From the sequence record NC_048668.1: DNA of 64,000 nt; one strand, written 5' to 3'. Below the pieces are notes generated by a model. The model saw only the letters and a program-made list of their open reading frames with translations, searched no databases and was not told the DNA's origin. A program made the translations under genes and the position numbers. Positions 18,046 to 28,362 of the stretch are shown here, piece after piece; position 1 is the first letter of the stretch, and every line of letters starts with the position of its first letter.

Positions 18046-20319
18046 ATGAAGTTTACAAAAAGTATTCTGGCTAAGCGCGCTTCCGCCCCGGCCGTAGAGT
18101 CTGAAGTAATTGATCAGGCTAAAATCGATCAGTTGGCTGAAAAGAACGCTGACATCGATGAAGTCGCTACCGGCGGCGAAGGTATCCAAACTGCAGAGCA
18201 GAAACCAGATACTACCAAAGACATCACTATGTCTGAAGTAGACCAGGTCGTCGCTGGCGAATCGGATCCTAAAAACGTAGTTGGCGAACAGTCCGACGAG
18301 AAAGCTCCAGTTGTCAAAGACGCTGGCGCAGATCTGCCGGGTGCTGTAGGTAAAGGTGACGAAGTTGCTGATAATAAAGGCAACACCGAAGTTCCGGATA
18401 CCGAGAACGAAGACGAAACCGGCACCGCCCCAACTGAAACCAAACCAGACCCAGAAGCAGACAGCAACGAAGCTGTTGCCACTGGCGAAGAAACTGCTCC
18501 GTCTAAAGAAGACGCGGCCGCTGCTGTTGCAGCTGACCTGGAAGCAGATCCGGTAGATTCCCCGGTAACTGAAGAAGAAGGCACCGAAGCCTCTGCTGAC
18601 GATACTGCCGAAGCCGCCGAAGAAGAAGCTAACCTGGACAACGCCGAAGCCGGTGCAGATACTGAAAGCGATCCGGCCAACAGCGCTGAAGGCGAAGCTA
18701 CCGAAGCCGAAGACCAACCAGGCGAAGAAGGCGCAGCTGAAGCTGCCGCTGAAGTTGCAGACGCTCCTGTAGAAGTGGCCGCTGTAGAAGTTGACCCAAC
18801 CGAAGCAGGTGATACCACCGCAGCTGACGAAGTCGACGCTATCGCAGTTGGCGACGACGTAGTTGTTCCGGTTGAAGTTAACGAACCAGGTGAACCTGTT
18901 GTTGCCGAAGTCCAGTTCGAAGAGCCTGTTGGCGAAACCGAAATCGTTGTTGCTACTGGCGCCGCGACTGATGGTACTGCTGATACCACGGCTGCTATCG
19001 TAGCTGAACCTGAAGCCGCACCGGTTGCTGTAGTAGAAGGCCCGGAAGCTACCCCTGACTTCGTTGCTGTTGCTGACGCCACCGATGGCGTTGTTCCAGC
19101 GGCTACCGAAGTAGACGAAGCGTTCGAATCTGCCGACGTTATCGAAACCGATATCGTTGAGCAAGAGCCTACCTACGAAATCCTGAGCGAAGCCGTACAG
19201 ACCTACCCAGAAGTTGTAGCTGTACTGGACAACGCACTGGCTAACGGCGGGATCTCTGTAGAAGCTGCTGCCCTGCTGAACATCTTCACTCAACGTGACG
19301 GTATCCCGGCTGGCATGAACGTCGCTACTGAGTCCTACGGCGGTTACGCTCGTTCTCAGACCCGCATCGCGCTGGAGAGCATCAAAGAGTCTCTGCGTCA
19401 ATGGTGGGCTGACCTGGTTAAGTGGGCTAAAGAGCAACGCGATCGTCTGGCTGCGTGGCTGAAGTCTCTGTTTGATGCAAGCGCTGCTATGCGTAAAGAA
19501 GCAGAAGCAATCATCAAAGATGCAGAAGGCCTGACCACCGACGCTACTGGCGACATCGAAGTTAAAGATCCTTCCGCTCTGGTTAAGGACGGCGCGATCT
19601 CTACCGATATCGCTCGTGACGTAACTGAGCTGGCTCAACTGATCGGACGCGTATACGTTCCACTGGGCAACGCCTGCATGGAAGGTTGTGGCAAAGCTGC
19701 TACCGTAATCGCTGATCTGAAAGGCGACGAAGAGAAAGGCGCCGTTGCAACTGAAATCGCTCGTGCATTCGAATCGGCTGACGCTGCGTTCCGTTCTAAA
19801 CTGAACGAACCAGGTGCGACTGACGGCTTCCGTCAATCCAAAGTTCAGATCGGTGAACGTGTACTGCGCGGTAAAGTTGCTGACCATAACTCCGACGTAA
19901 CTCTGTCTGACTTCGCCACCGGCGACGAGTGCCTGGCATTCGTACCAGTAACCGAAGAAACTCCGGCTGACCTGACTGTCAAAGCTCTGAAACTGGGCGA
20001 TGCGGTTGATACTGCGAAAGCGGTACTGGCTCTGCTGGACGCTATCGAAGAAACCAAGAAGATGGAAGCACCGTGCAAAACTGCAGCTGATAAAGTTGAC
20101 GCTGCCGGCGAACATCTGGTTAAACTGGCCGAAGAAGACAGCACCAACAGCGAGCTGGTAAGCGAACTGCGTTCTGTCGTGATGTCTCTGCAAAAAGAGA
20201 TGTCTACTCCGTTCTCTCGCTCCATGAAGTACTTCGCGGCTGTTGCTCGCGCTGCACTGAGTGCCGCTCGTCAGTCTCTGCCTAAAGCAGGTGCTGCTGA
20301 ACAAAGCGAAGAAGCGTAA
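18046..20319 (+). CDS. Abundant inner-head protein (phiKZ gp93 / SPN3US gp53 family) with about 430-aa acidic propeptide
   Basis: Very strong codon bias; Ala/Glu/Asp-rich N-terminal region; ATE-S and ALE-S at aa about 427-445 followed by LRQWWADLVKWAKE helix. Confidence 0.75.
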   Translation: MKFTKSILAKRASAPAVESEVIDQAKIDQLAEKNADIDEVATGGEGIQTAEQKPDTTKDITMSEVDQVVAGESDPKNVVGEQSDEKAPVVKDAGADLPGAVGKGDEVADNKGNTEVPDTENEDETGTAPTETKPDPEADSNEAVATGEETAPSKEDAAAAVAADLEADPVDSPVTEEEGTEASADDTAEAAEEEANLDNAEAGADTESDPANSAEGEATEAEDQPGEEGAAEAAAEVADAPVEVAAVEVDPTEAGDTTAADEVDAIAVGDDVVVPVEVNEPGEPVVAEVQFEEPVGETEIVVATGAATDGTADTTAAIVAEPEAAPVAVVEGPEATPDFVAVADATDGVVPAATEVDEAFESADVIETDIVEQEPTYEILSEAVQTYPEVVAVLDNALANGGISVEAAALLNIFTQRDGIPAGMNVATESYGGYARSQTRIALESIKESLRQWWADLVKWAKEQRDRLAAWLKSLFDASAAMRKEAEAIIKDAEGLTTDATGDIEVKDPSALVKDGAISTDIARDVTELAQLIGRVYVPLGNACMEGCGKAATVIADLKGDEEKGAVATEIARAFESADAAFRSKLNEPGATDGFRQSKVQIGERVLRGKVADHNSDVTLSDFATGDECLAFVPVTEETPADLTVKALKLGDAVDTAKAVLALLDAIEETKKMEAPCKTAADKVDAAGEHLVKLAEEDSTNSELVSELRSVVMSLQKEMSTPFSRSMKYFAAVARAALSAARQSLPKAGAAEQSEEA

Positions 20320-20346
20320 TAGTACCTCGACCATCACGTAGTAAAG

Positions 20347-20384
20347 ATCAGGGAGGGAGGTTTCTCCCTCCCTGGTTTTCTATG
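20347..20384 (+). terminator. Intrinsic terminator
   Basis: CAGGGAGGGAG-GTTT-CTCCCTCCCTG then TTTT, followed by TATG. Confidence 0.75.
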
Positions 20385-20414
20385 TTCATCCTCCTCCTCT
20401 AGGGCAGAGAAATC

Positions 20415-21869
20415 ATGAAGATTAATCGCTATCGTCAGACATTGGCAAGTCGTCCAAGTGTGTCTGTCGAATCAGATTCACAAGACGTCCACATCATCGA
20501 TCATCAAGGCGAGCTAGTTCCAAAAGACACTGGCCCGGTTAAAATCCCAGATGGTACATTCGCACCACAGCACATTGCTAATCTGGACATTCCGAAAGAT
20601 ATGGACTTCTCCTCTATCGTTGAAGAAACCGATTTCAACGACAAGATCAAAACCTACGAAGGCGTCGTCAACACTATCGAGAAAAACATGCCGCGCGGTG
20701 TGTCACTCGAAGCCGCTACATTCCTTAATCTCTTCGCAGAGAAAGAAGGTATCCCGGTGCAGATGTATGTTTCTAACGAATCGTACGATGCTTTGGGTAG
20801 TAGCCAAAGTGCCGTTGCGCTGGAAGGCTTTAAAGAAGCTATCCGTGAGTGGTGGGCTCGTTTCCGCGAATGGCTGAAGAACATGGGTCAGCACCTGGAA
20901 CAATGGGCGCAGCGTGTACTTACTGGTGCAGACCGTCTGGTAAGTCGTGCCCAGATCATTCTGGATAATGCCGATGACCGTACTCCAGGGGACGATCGCA
21001 TTAAGTCCAACCGTATCGGTAAACTGGCAATTGACGGACAAGTCACCGACGTACCGCGTCATCTGCGTGACCTGGCTAATATCTGCCGTGCTTCCTTCAT
21101 CGATATTCAGAAAGCTGCTATCGACAACGGGAAAACTATCGCCAGCCTGGTTGCTTCTGTAGATCCAGCCAACGCTGACTCTGTAGGTAACACTGCAGAT
21201 AAGATCAACAAAACCATTGAGCCGCCAATTAACTCAATGTCTTCATTCATGAAGAAGTCGGAAGATCCTAGTATCGCCGAAATCTTACTGCGTGGTAACG
21301 AAGGTATCTTTGCTGAGACTTACATTTCAGACAAGCTGCTGGGTAACTGCACTATCGCTGCTGTACACGTTAAAGCGAATGAGTCGGCTCAGCCGGTAGA
21401 GTACATGCGCAACGTGGCTAACGCAGTCCGTAACTGGCGCATTGAGTTCCTGGACGATACGGAAGAGTCTAAGAAATGGAACATGGGTACTTCCGGTGTA
21501 AACGAAGAAGAAGAGAACGAATTTAATCGTCTCTCTGCTGCCGATTGTCGTGCAGTTGCCGAGTCTGTTAAGAACATCGGTGAAGTTCTCCGTGGCTTGG
21601 AAGGTTTGGTATCCGATCGTCAGAGTACGCTGAATGAATTGAACCGTGCTGGTTCTCATCTTCAGAACGTGAATGGTGACGACGAAGACCAGAACGTAGG
21701 TTCCGTTGTTTCGTCTCTTCGTACCATCACCAGCTCCGTTGCTTCCCGTCTGTCTGGCCCAAGTACCAAACTGGCTTCTTACTTCGGTAACATGGCACGT
21801 ATCTCTCTGGAGTATGCCGAGAAGTCCCTGAAAGCCAAGTCGACAGATCTGTCTGGCGTTGCTGAATAA
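20415..21869 (+). CDS. Inner-head protein, paralogue 2 of tandem array
   Basis: GVSLEAATFLNLF..EGIP..SNESY...VALEGFKEAIREWW aligns with GISVEAAALLNIF..DGIP..ATESY...IALESIKESLRQWW of the previous gene. Confidence 0.75.
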   Translation: MKINRYRQTLASRPSVSVESDSQDVHIIDHQGELVPKDTGPVKIPDGTFAPQHIANLDIPKDMDFSSIVEETDFNDKIKTYEGVVNTIEKNMPRGVSLEAATFLNLFAEKEGIPVQMYVSNESYDALGSSQSAVALEGFKEAIREWWARFREWLKNMGQHLEQWAQRVLTGADRLVSRAQIILDNADDRTPGDDRIKSNRIGKLAIDGQVTDVPRHLRDLANICRASFIDIQKAAIDNGKTIASLVASVDPANADSVGNTADKINKTIEPPINSMSSFMKKSEDPSIAEILLRGNEGIFAETYISDKLLGNCTIAAVHVKANESAQPVEYMRNVANAVRNWRIEFLDDTEESKKWNMGTSGVNEEEENEFNRLSAADCRAVAESVKNIGEVLRGLEGLVSDRQSTLNELNRAGSHLQNVNGDDEDQNVGSVVSSLRTITSSVASRLSGPSTKLASYFGNMARISLEYAEKSLKAKSTDLSGVAE

Positions 21870-21876
21870 AAACAAA

Positions 21877-21900
21877 TAGGGCGAGTTAATCCTCGCCCTA
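21877..21900 (+). terminator. Hairpin, probable terminator
   Basis: TAGGGCGAG-TTAATC-CTCGCCCTA; no strong U tail. Confidence 0.55.
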
Positions 21901-21927
21901 AGATCAACTTTAAGATGGTAAGAAGAA

Positions 21928-23130
21928 ATGATCGATAAAATTGCAAGTGATGCAGACAACCTGAACGAGATGCGAATCGCGTTGGAATCATTCGGTGAAA
22001 CTATTCCGGAAGATGCCAAAGAGATTGCCAACCTTTACTTGGGTAATCCAACAGGTACTGAGGTATCGGTTGAGTCTGTCAAGGACAAAGCTAAAGAGCT
22101 CATCAAACGTCTGATCAAATGGCTGCAGGAAATGTACGCCAAGGCAAAAGACTGGATGCGCCAATACAACCCTTCGATATTGAAACTGAAGCATCGTTTG
22201 GAGAAAGCGAAGACTGCCGTTTCAGAAGGAGAGTTCCGCCACGGTGAAGTGAAGTTCCGCTCAGCTAATCGTTTAGCAGTAGACGGTACTTTGGGTGATG
22301 GTATTGCATTCCGCCTGAACCAGGCCGTTGACATGATCAACAGTTTCTACATCGACTCTCGTAAAGACTCTGTGGCAACTGTTAAGAAGTTGATTGCCAT
22401 GGCCGAAGACTTCATTACTGAGCACCCTGGCCATAGCGAAGGGCTTCGTGACGATACTGTCGAGTTCCGTAAGGAAATGATAGAGACCCTCAAACCTCTT
22501 GCTAATCGCATCGAGAATACTTTCAAAGGATATCGTCAATCTAATGAAGTAGTTCGTCGTCTTGGTTTACCGAGTTCCTTTAACGTTAAGTTCGATGATG
22601 CTCACATGGTTTCATCCGAGCTTATGCCGGGTAACTACGCTATCTTTACGTTGATGGTTAACCATACTCCGATCATCCGGTTTAATGATGAAGGCGTCAC
22701 CGAAACTCAAGCCATTGGCCGTCTTAGCGACGCATTGAAATATCTATACCCACATCTCGCTCATGTAGCGGATCAGGGTAAAGATATTCGTGCAGCTGAA
22801 GCCTTGGATAAGAAAGGTGCGGAAGATGTATTGAAGGAAGTCGAGAAGATCATTCAGATTAAAGAGTCCTTCTCTAAATTCCCGGCAGCCGAACTTATTC
22901 GTGACGTGACCAGAATGGCGGAGAAAGCACTTAAGAGCGACTACTACGTCTACGAGGCGATTAATATCTCTCGCGGCCTGATTGCTCTGATTAACTTCGA
23001 CTCTGGTAAAGTCATGAGCTACCTGACGTCTTTAGCCAACGCCGCACTGGACTACGTAAACGCATCGCTGGGTCAGGTCACGGAAGAGGAAGTCGTACCA
23101 AACTACCCAGCACTAACTCATAAGGCTTAA
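21928..23130 (+). CDS. Inner-head protein, paralogue 3
   Basis: IALE-S, VSVE-S, KRLIKWLQEMY..KDW helix, NRLAVDG motif. Confidence 0.7.
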   Translation: MIDKIASDADNLNEMRIALESFGETIPEDAKEIANLYLGNPTGTEVSVESVKDKAKELIKRLIKWLQEMYAKAKDWMRQYNPSILKLKHRLEKAKTAVSEGEFRHGEVKFRSANRLAVDGTLGDGIAFRLNQAVDMINSFYIDSRKDSVATVKKLIAMAEDFITEHPGHSEGLRDDTVEFRKEMIETLKPLANRIENTFKGYRQSNEVVRRLGLPSSFNVKFDDAHMVSSELMPGNYAIFTLMVNHTPIIRFNDEGVTETQAIGRLSDALKYLYPHLAHVADQGKDIRAAEALDKKGAEDVLKEVEKIIQIKESFSKFPAAELIRDVTRMAEKALKSDYYVYEAINISRGLIALINFDSGKVMSYLTSLANAALDYVNASLGQVTEEEVVPNYPALTHKA

Positions 23131-23132
23131 CA

Positions 23133-24314
23133 ATGAGCATCCTGGAAGATAAAACGGGGATTGTCCCTCCGCATATGCAGAAGCGGTTAAATGAACTGCA
23201 CTCTCTGGAAGTGGCCTGTGAAGATTGCGATTGCGAATCGGGTATGTCTCCGGACGCGTATGAGATCTTAGCAGAGATGGCTCCAAGTTACGATATGGTT
23301 CTTCCACCTGCGCCAGAAGGCGACGGCCTGGGTATGAAACAAATCGCACTGGAATCCATCCGTTCCACCCTGAAACAATGGTGGGAACAACTCAAGGCTT
23401 GGGTTATCAAAATGCGCCGTACTATCATGTCCTGGGTACGTACTACCCTGCAAGGCATTGACGGTTTGGTTAAGCACGCTGATATCCTTCGTAAGTCGGT
23501 AGAAGCCAACAGTAACTTTGGCGGTAGCGATGTTGAAATCAAACACGCCAATCTATTGGCCATTGACGGTCAGCCGGTCAACGACTTGGCTCGTCAGTTG
23601 GAAGAGCTGCGTAAGATCAACGAAGTCGGGATGGAACGTTTCACTAAGCAAGGCCAGACCTCTGCGCGTGATTTGACTAACGACTTGACCAAGTTGGATT
23701 TCCGTCAGGCGAGTAAAGCGGTAGAAGGTTACGTAGATGCATTCCCAATCATCTGCAAGACCAAAGTAAACCCGAATGTATCAGAAGATCTTTTCGGCAT
23801 GGATCCCCGTGAAGTAGACGAGCTGCGTATGTCGGATACTTTCCTGGGTAACTACTGCTTCGTGTCGGTGAAAGCTAAACGCGATACTCACTACACGAAC
23901 TCCGAGATCGAGAACCTCCAAGCGGTAGTCGATTACGCTAAGCGTTCTAAAATCCGTTTCTATCAGGACGGTAATAAAGAAACTTACGAAGGCTCCCTGC
24001 CATCCGTAGATCAGCGCACAGCGGTTTCAATCATTGATGCAGCTGTGAACCTGGCTAAGTCTGTAAAAGCCTCTAACAGCCAACGCCAGGCCGAAGAACG
24101 ACTGGAAAACGAATTCCTCAAGAAGGCCGACGCAGCAGCTAAAGTCTATCTGGAAGAAGACGCTGACGCGGCTCAGGCTCGTGCAGTACGTTCCCTGTTC
24201 TCCGTTGTGCTGACCATGATCAACGGTTTAGGTTTCCACTTCAGCGATTACCTGATCTCTACGGCCAAGTCTTCTTTGGCTTACGTAAACGAACTGAACA
24301 ACTCAGAGGCTTAA
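23133..24314 (+). CDS. Inner-head protein, paralogue 4
   Basis: IALE-SIRSTLKQWWEQLKAW; NLLAIDG motif. Confidence 0.7.
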   Translation: MSILEDKTGIVPPHMQKRLNELHSLEVACEDCDCESGMSPDAYEILAEMAPSYDMVLPPAPEGDGLGMKQIALESIRSTLKQWWEQLKAWVIKMRRTIMSWVRTTLQGIDGLVKHADILRKSVEANSNFGGSDVEIKHANLLAIDGQPVNDLARQLEELRKINEVGMERFTKQGQTSARDLTNDLTKLDFRQASKAVEGYVDAFPIICKTKVNPNVSEDLFGMDPREVDELRMSDTFLGNYCFVSVKAKRDTHYTNSEIENLQAVVDYAKRSKIRFYQDGNKETYEGSLPSVDQRTAVSIIDAAVNLAKSVKASNSQRQAEERLENEFLKKADAAAKVYLEEDADAAQARAVRSLFSVVLTMINGLGFHFSDYLISTAKSSLAYVNELNNSEA

Positions 24315-24315
24315 G

Positions 24316-25552
24316 ATGGACGAGGGTTTTGAGATTAACGTCTCCCCTTACGATCTTCTGTTAGCTGAATCTGAATCTGAACGAATCAGTTTGGAGTCGG
24401 AAGCTATTGATGATGAAATCCAAGAGATCGGTCGTCGCACTGATCTTTACGATGAAGTCGAAGAAGGCGTAGATCACGAAGGGGACGTGACGCAACATGA
24501 GCTAGCACTCATCAGTCAAGCTACTGCTGCGTTGTTTGGCGATATCAACAACGGCGGAATGCCGTCGATGGAATCGGCAGATGGTACTATCTCCATGGAA
24601 GCGTTTGCTGACCTAGCGCGTAACATGAAAGTTTCTGCCCGCGACCTGTTGGTTCGTCTGTGGAGACTGATTACCGATTTCTGGGAAAACATGGGTACGC
24701 GTGTCTCTGGCGTTTCTGCTGGCGCTAATGCAACTCGTGAACGTGCTAAAGATATCATCGGTATTCAACCGAAGGTATCCAAGTTCGACTCAGGTATCAC
24801 CGCTGCACGTTACCTTTAACTTCCGCGGTAAGAAGACTGATAAGTTCTCTAGCATCTACGAGAGCTTAAAAGAACTCGAGCACACAGTGGAGTCATTGCT
24901 GAGCACTTGGGCAATCGACGTTGTTAAGTCCGGCGATGAAGTACTCCGTATCCTGAACAAAACTCTGAGTTCAACCAACCCAGAGAATGCACAGGAGATC
25001 GAGACTAGCCTGCTGAGCGCTAACGACATCACTAGCCAGCTAATGGCGAGTGTTCACCCTAACCTTCGTAAGGAAGTCCAATTACCCGCTAACGGTACGT
25101 TGGTCTTCAATCTGATCGATTCTAAAGATGTACGCTCCCAAGTTAATAAAGCTCGCGCACTTCAACGCTCAGGCTTTACCTTTAACTCAGGTGTTGTTGA
25201 AACCGAAGGGGCAACTGAAGTAGATGTCTTTACGGTAGATCAGATTCGTGAACTCATGGATGTCAGCCTGCGCATTACTGAGATCATCCGTCGTTACCGC
25301 GAACGTAACAAATTGAACAAACTGGCAGAGGATACTCTGACGTTAGTGCGTTCAGCTAAAGTCATGTCCGGTAACCTGGAAAACGATATCTCAGACAACC
25401 GTCAGGGAGCAGCTAAGAATGCATTGTACAACTACGGTAATGCTTACGCTTCATGGAGCCGCCAGCCTACCTTACCGATTATCTCGTTGACAATCACTTA
25501 CCTGCGCATCGTACAGTCCATGTGCAACCGTTCGATTAACGCTTACTTGTAA
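24316..25552 (+). CDS. Inner-head protein, paralogue 5, split by a probable extra T at 24815-24817
   Basis: SLE-S, SME-S, SME-A sites; LLVRLWRLITDFW helix; removing one T gives ARYLNFRGKK. Confidence 0.65.
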
Positions 25553-25554
25553 AG

Positions 25555-25590
25555 CATAGAGGAGAGGGTTAATTCCCTCTCCTTTTTATT
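25555..25590 (+). terminator. Intrinsic terminator
   Basis: GGAGAGGG-TTAATT-CCCTCTCC then TTTTT. Confidence 0.8.
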
Positions 25591-25640
25591 TTACGTATCG
25601 GAGGCTTTCTTTGAAGTTAACTTCTTTTAAGGAATCTAGT

Positions 25641-26717
25641 ATGAACGTAGCTGTAGTGCTGTCCCTGAACAATGGACCGATGTCTATTAGTTTCATCGCA
25701 CCTAACAATGCACCGACCATTGAAGATATTTTCAAAGGTAAAGGTCAATTCGCCGAAGTAGGCTCAACAGACGTAGGCTTCAGTTATCTGACCCCTACCG
25801 ATAATTTCCTGACCATGATGGATCTCTACGGTAACCATTGTGGTACCAAACTGACGGAGCAAGAGATCGATCAGCATTTCGTTGCTACCGTAACCAAAAA
25901 ACTCACCAGCGCCGGTTATATCCTGTATCCCGAAACTCCAGATACCCTGGCAGCTCCGTCTACCGATCCGCGTATCCTGCGTGGCGTATTTAACGACTTC
26001 GTCATTGAGTCCAGTAAACTCGAAGACGATAAAATCGAATACCGCGTATCGGCCGGGGAAACAACGTTCTTCATCGTCGGTATCAATAGTCAAGAAGGTG
26101 CCCGTGGCGTTTCTGCAATGATCGATGACTACGTCGAATCTCTGCGTTTCCTGCAAACCAACCTGGACGAAACCGCGGACATGTTCCCTAGCGAAACCGC
26201 TGTTGCAGAAGTTGCAGCACCTAAAGTGGAAGAGCAAGTCCCCGTTCAACAGGAAGAAAACTACCTGACCAGCCTGGTCAGCGAGCTGGGTGCCGACGAA
26301 CCTAAAAGTAACACCAAATCTTTCGTTGACTCTCTGGTAGAAAAAGTTGCAGAGCCGGCTAAACCAGTAAAGCAGGAAAGTCCCGCCGAAGTAAACGAAA
26401 ACGTCGTTAACCGCGCCGTTCTTCTGGTGGCACGTCGGGGCGAACCATGTTCTCTGGAAGTTATCTTCACCGGGAACGATGCTGCCGCAATGAAGGACAT
26501 GAACTTCCTAGGCTACGTCACCGACGCCATCAAATGCCATGGTCAAGCCGTCTACGTCGCGTCAGATGATCGCCACATCCTGATCTTGGACGATAAGCTG
26601 GCTAAGAACTACCTGCTGCTGTTGACCAACGCCGTTAAAGACATGAAGCTGAATGTCCAAATCGACCGCCGTTCTCCAGAACAGGAACCGCTGCGTACCG
26701 ACACCGTTTACCTGTAA
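25641..26717 (+). CDS. Hypothetical protein (358 aa)
   Basis: AAGGA RBS before ATG 25641; acidic central linker. Confidence 0.75.
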   Translation: MNVAVVLSLNNGPMSISFIAPNNAPTIEDIFKGKGQFAEVGSTDVGFSYLTPTDNFLTMMDLYGNHCGTKLTEQEIDQHFVATVTKKLTSAGYILYPETPDTLAAPSTDPRILRGVFNDFVIESSKLEDDKIEYRVSAGETTFFIVGINSQEGARGVSAMIDDYVESLRFLQTNLDETADMFPSETAVAEVAAPKVEEQVPVQQEENYLTSLVSELGADEPKSNTKSFVDSLVEKVAEPAKPVKQESPAEVNENVVNRAVLLVARRGEPCSLEVIFTGNDAAAMKDMNFLGYVTDAIKCHGQAVYVASDDRHILILDDKLAKNYLLLLTNAVKDMKLNVQIDRRSPEQEPLRTDTVYL

Positions 26718-26805
26718 TATATTGAGAATGCGGGCCCTTAGGGGTTCGCATTCTTATGACATCCCGCCCAATACGGCGCGAGCCCGGCGAACAGGAAATG
26801 AATTT

Positions 26806-28357
26806 ATGCCCCAGTTAGCGCTTCCTATCCCTGACGTCTATGCGTCCGTAACAAGACGAGTTAACGTCAGTATCATTCGTGCTATCATGAATGTGACGGG
26901 TATCAAAGACGATACCTTTATTGAATTCGCAGGTGAGAATGAAGCAGTACCGACTTGGTTGACTACGTTGGATCAAAAGGTCTATAACGAGAACAACACC
27001 GCCAAGTTCCCATTCTACCAAAAAATAAAAGTCGATTACCAAGAAGAGGTGAACGACGATCCGATTCTCTCTACCGCCTATCACTACAACGATTTGATGC
27101 TGGCATGGAACGACCCTAAGAGAAAGATTAACGTCTCTCCGTTCCGTGAGCAAGTGAAGGCCACGCTTAACTTTACTTATCGTACTATCGATAAGAACGC
27201 TGCCCAAAACTGGCGTAGCATGATGCGTCGTAAGATCATGCGTCACTTCATTGACGAAACATTCAACGCTGCATTCTACTACGTTATGCCAGTACAGGTA
27301 GTTGCCATGTTAGCTATCTTCCATGAAATGAAAGAGAAGATTGCAGGTGACGGCGATACGTTTGAAGATTACCTGAAGAATAACGCTGTAGGTGATCTCG
27401 CCACAATGGTGGATAACGCAGGTCGAAATGCGACTTACGTTTTCCGTGAGCAGCAGCTGGATATTTTGGGTAACTTCGAATTCTCTGCGCCGCCTATCGA
27501 AGAGAAACTACCTGACGGCAACTGCTATGATATTACCTTTACGTATCGTTTCAGTTATGACCGGCCAATCGGCATGATCGTGAAGTATCCTTTGGTCATC
27601 CACAATCAGTTGATTCCACCCGGACTTCGTAAAGACCGTGGGTTGTATTCTCCTGCTTGACCAACGTGGTTTGAGCAGTGGTTCTACTCGTCGTTATTAC
27701 GAGCTGTTCAAGAACTTCACTTGGTCTGCAGCTGACCCAATCTTTAACATCATCCCGTTCTACGATGATTGGATGCCTACGCAAGTTGTGGCGGATACCT
27801 CGCCAATTGCGCAGTTCCTCATTCGTGTCGATCAGGATAACCCCAAAAAGGTTATTAACCTGAGAGAGCTCGGGAAGAACAAGTTTAACGAACAGTTCCT
27901 CGAATACATCCGTGATCAACGACTCATGGTTCCTCGAGCAACTGCGTGCGCAGCCCATATCTCGGTCTATGAAAATGACAGACCAATTGATCAACGGGAT
28001 ATCTTCATTGATGAAGACCTGAATATTTTCTGTCAGTACGACCTTGACGTTAAGTCGGTCTACCATGTCCGAGTGAACGTTTTCACTCAGCTACTCAACC
28101 TACAGCCATTTGCAGTTCGGTATCTCCAGGAACACCCAGATACCCTGAACATGATTGTGGATGCATTGGATCCATTCTTCCTTAAGAACGGCGGAGTGTA
28201 CCCTAAAGCCCTGAATGGTAAGTTTGTTACCATGGATGAATATTTCCGGGTAGCCAGAGAGTTGCGCGTAACCGCAGAACGGTTCTACTCATTAACGTAT
28301 AAGTCGATTATCCTGCCAACTGTGCTAGGGTATCACTTCCAGGTTGTCAAGGAGTAA
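26806..28357 (+). CDS. Virion structural protein (phiKZ gp98-like region), about 516 aa, split by a +1 frameshift near 27640-27653
   Basis: AGGA RBS before ATG 26806 (MPQLALPIPDVY); FTYRFSYDRP motif; overlapping +1 ORF continues LLDQRG...PFYDDW. Confidence 0.6.
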
Positions 28358-28362
28358 TTGAC

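Noticed and set aside
18007-20337. 776-aa antisense ORF opposite the acidic head protein (also 36236-38482 opposite MCP and 41585-43543)
   Set aside because: These are shadow ORFs produced by strong codon bias on the sense strand; they have Phe/Ser/Val-rich nonsense composition and no RBS support.
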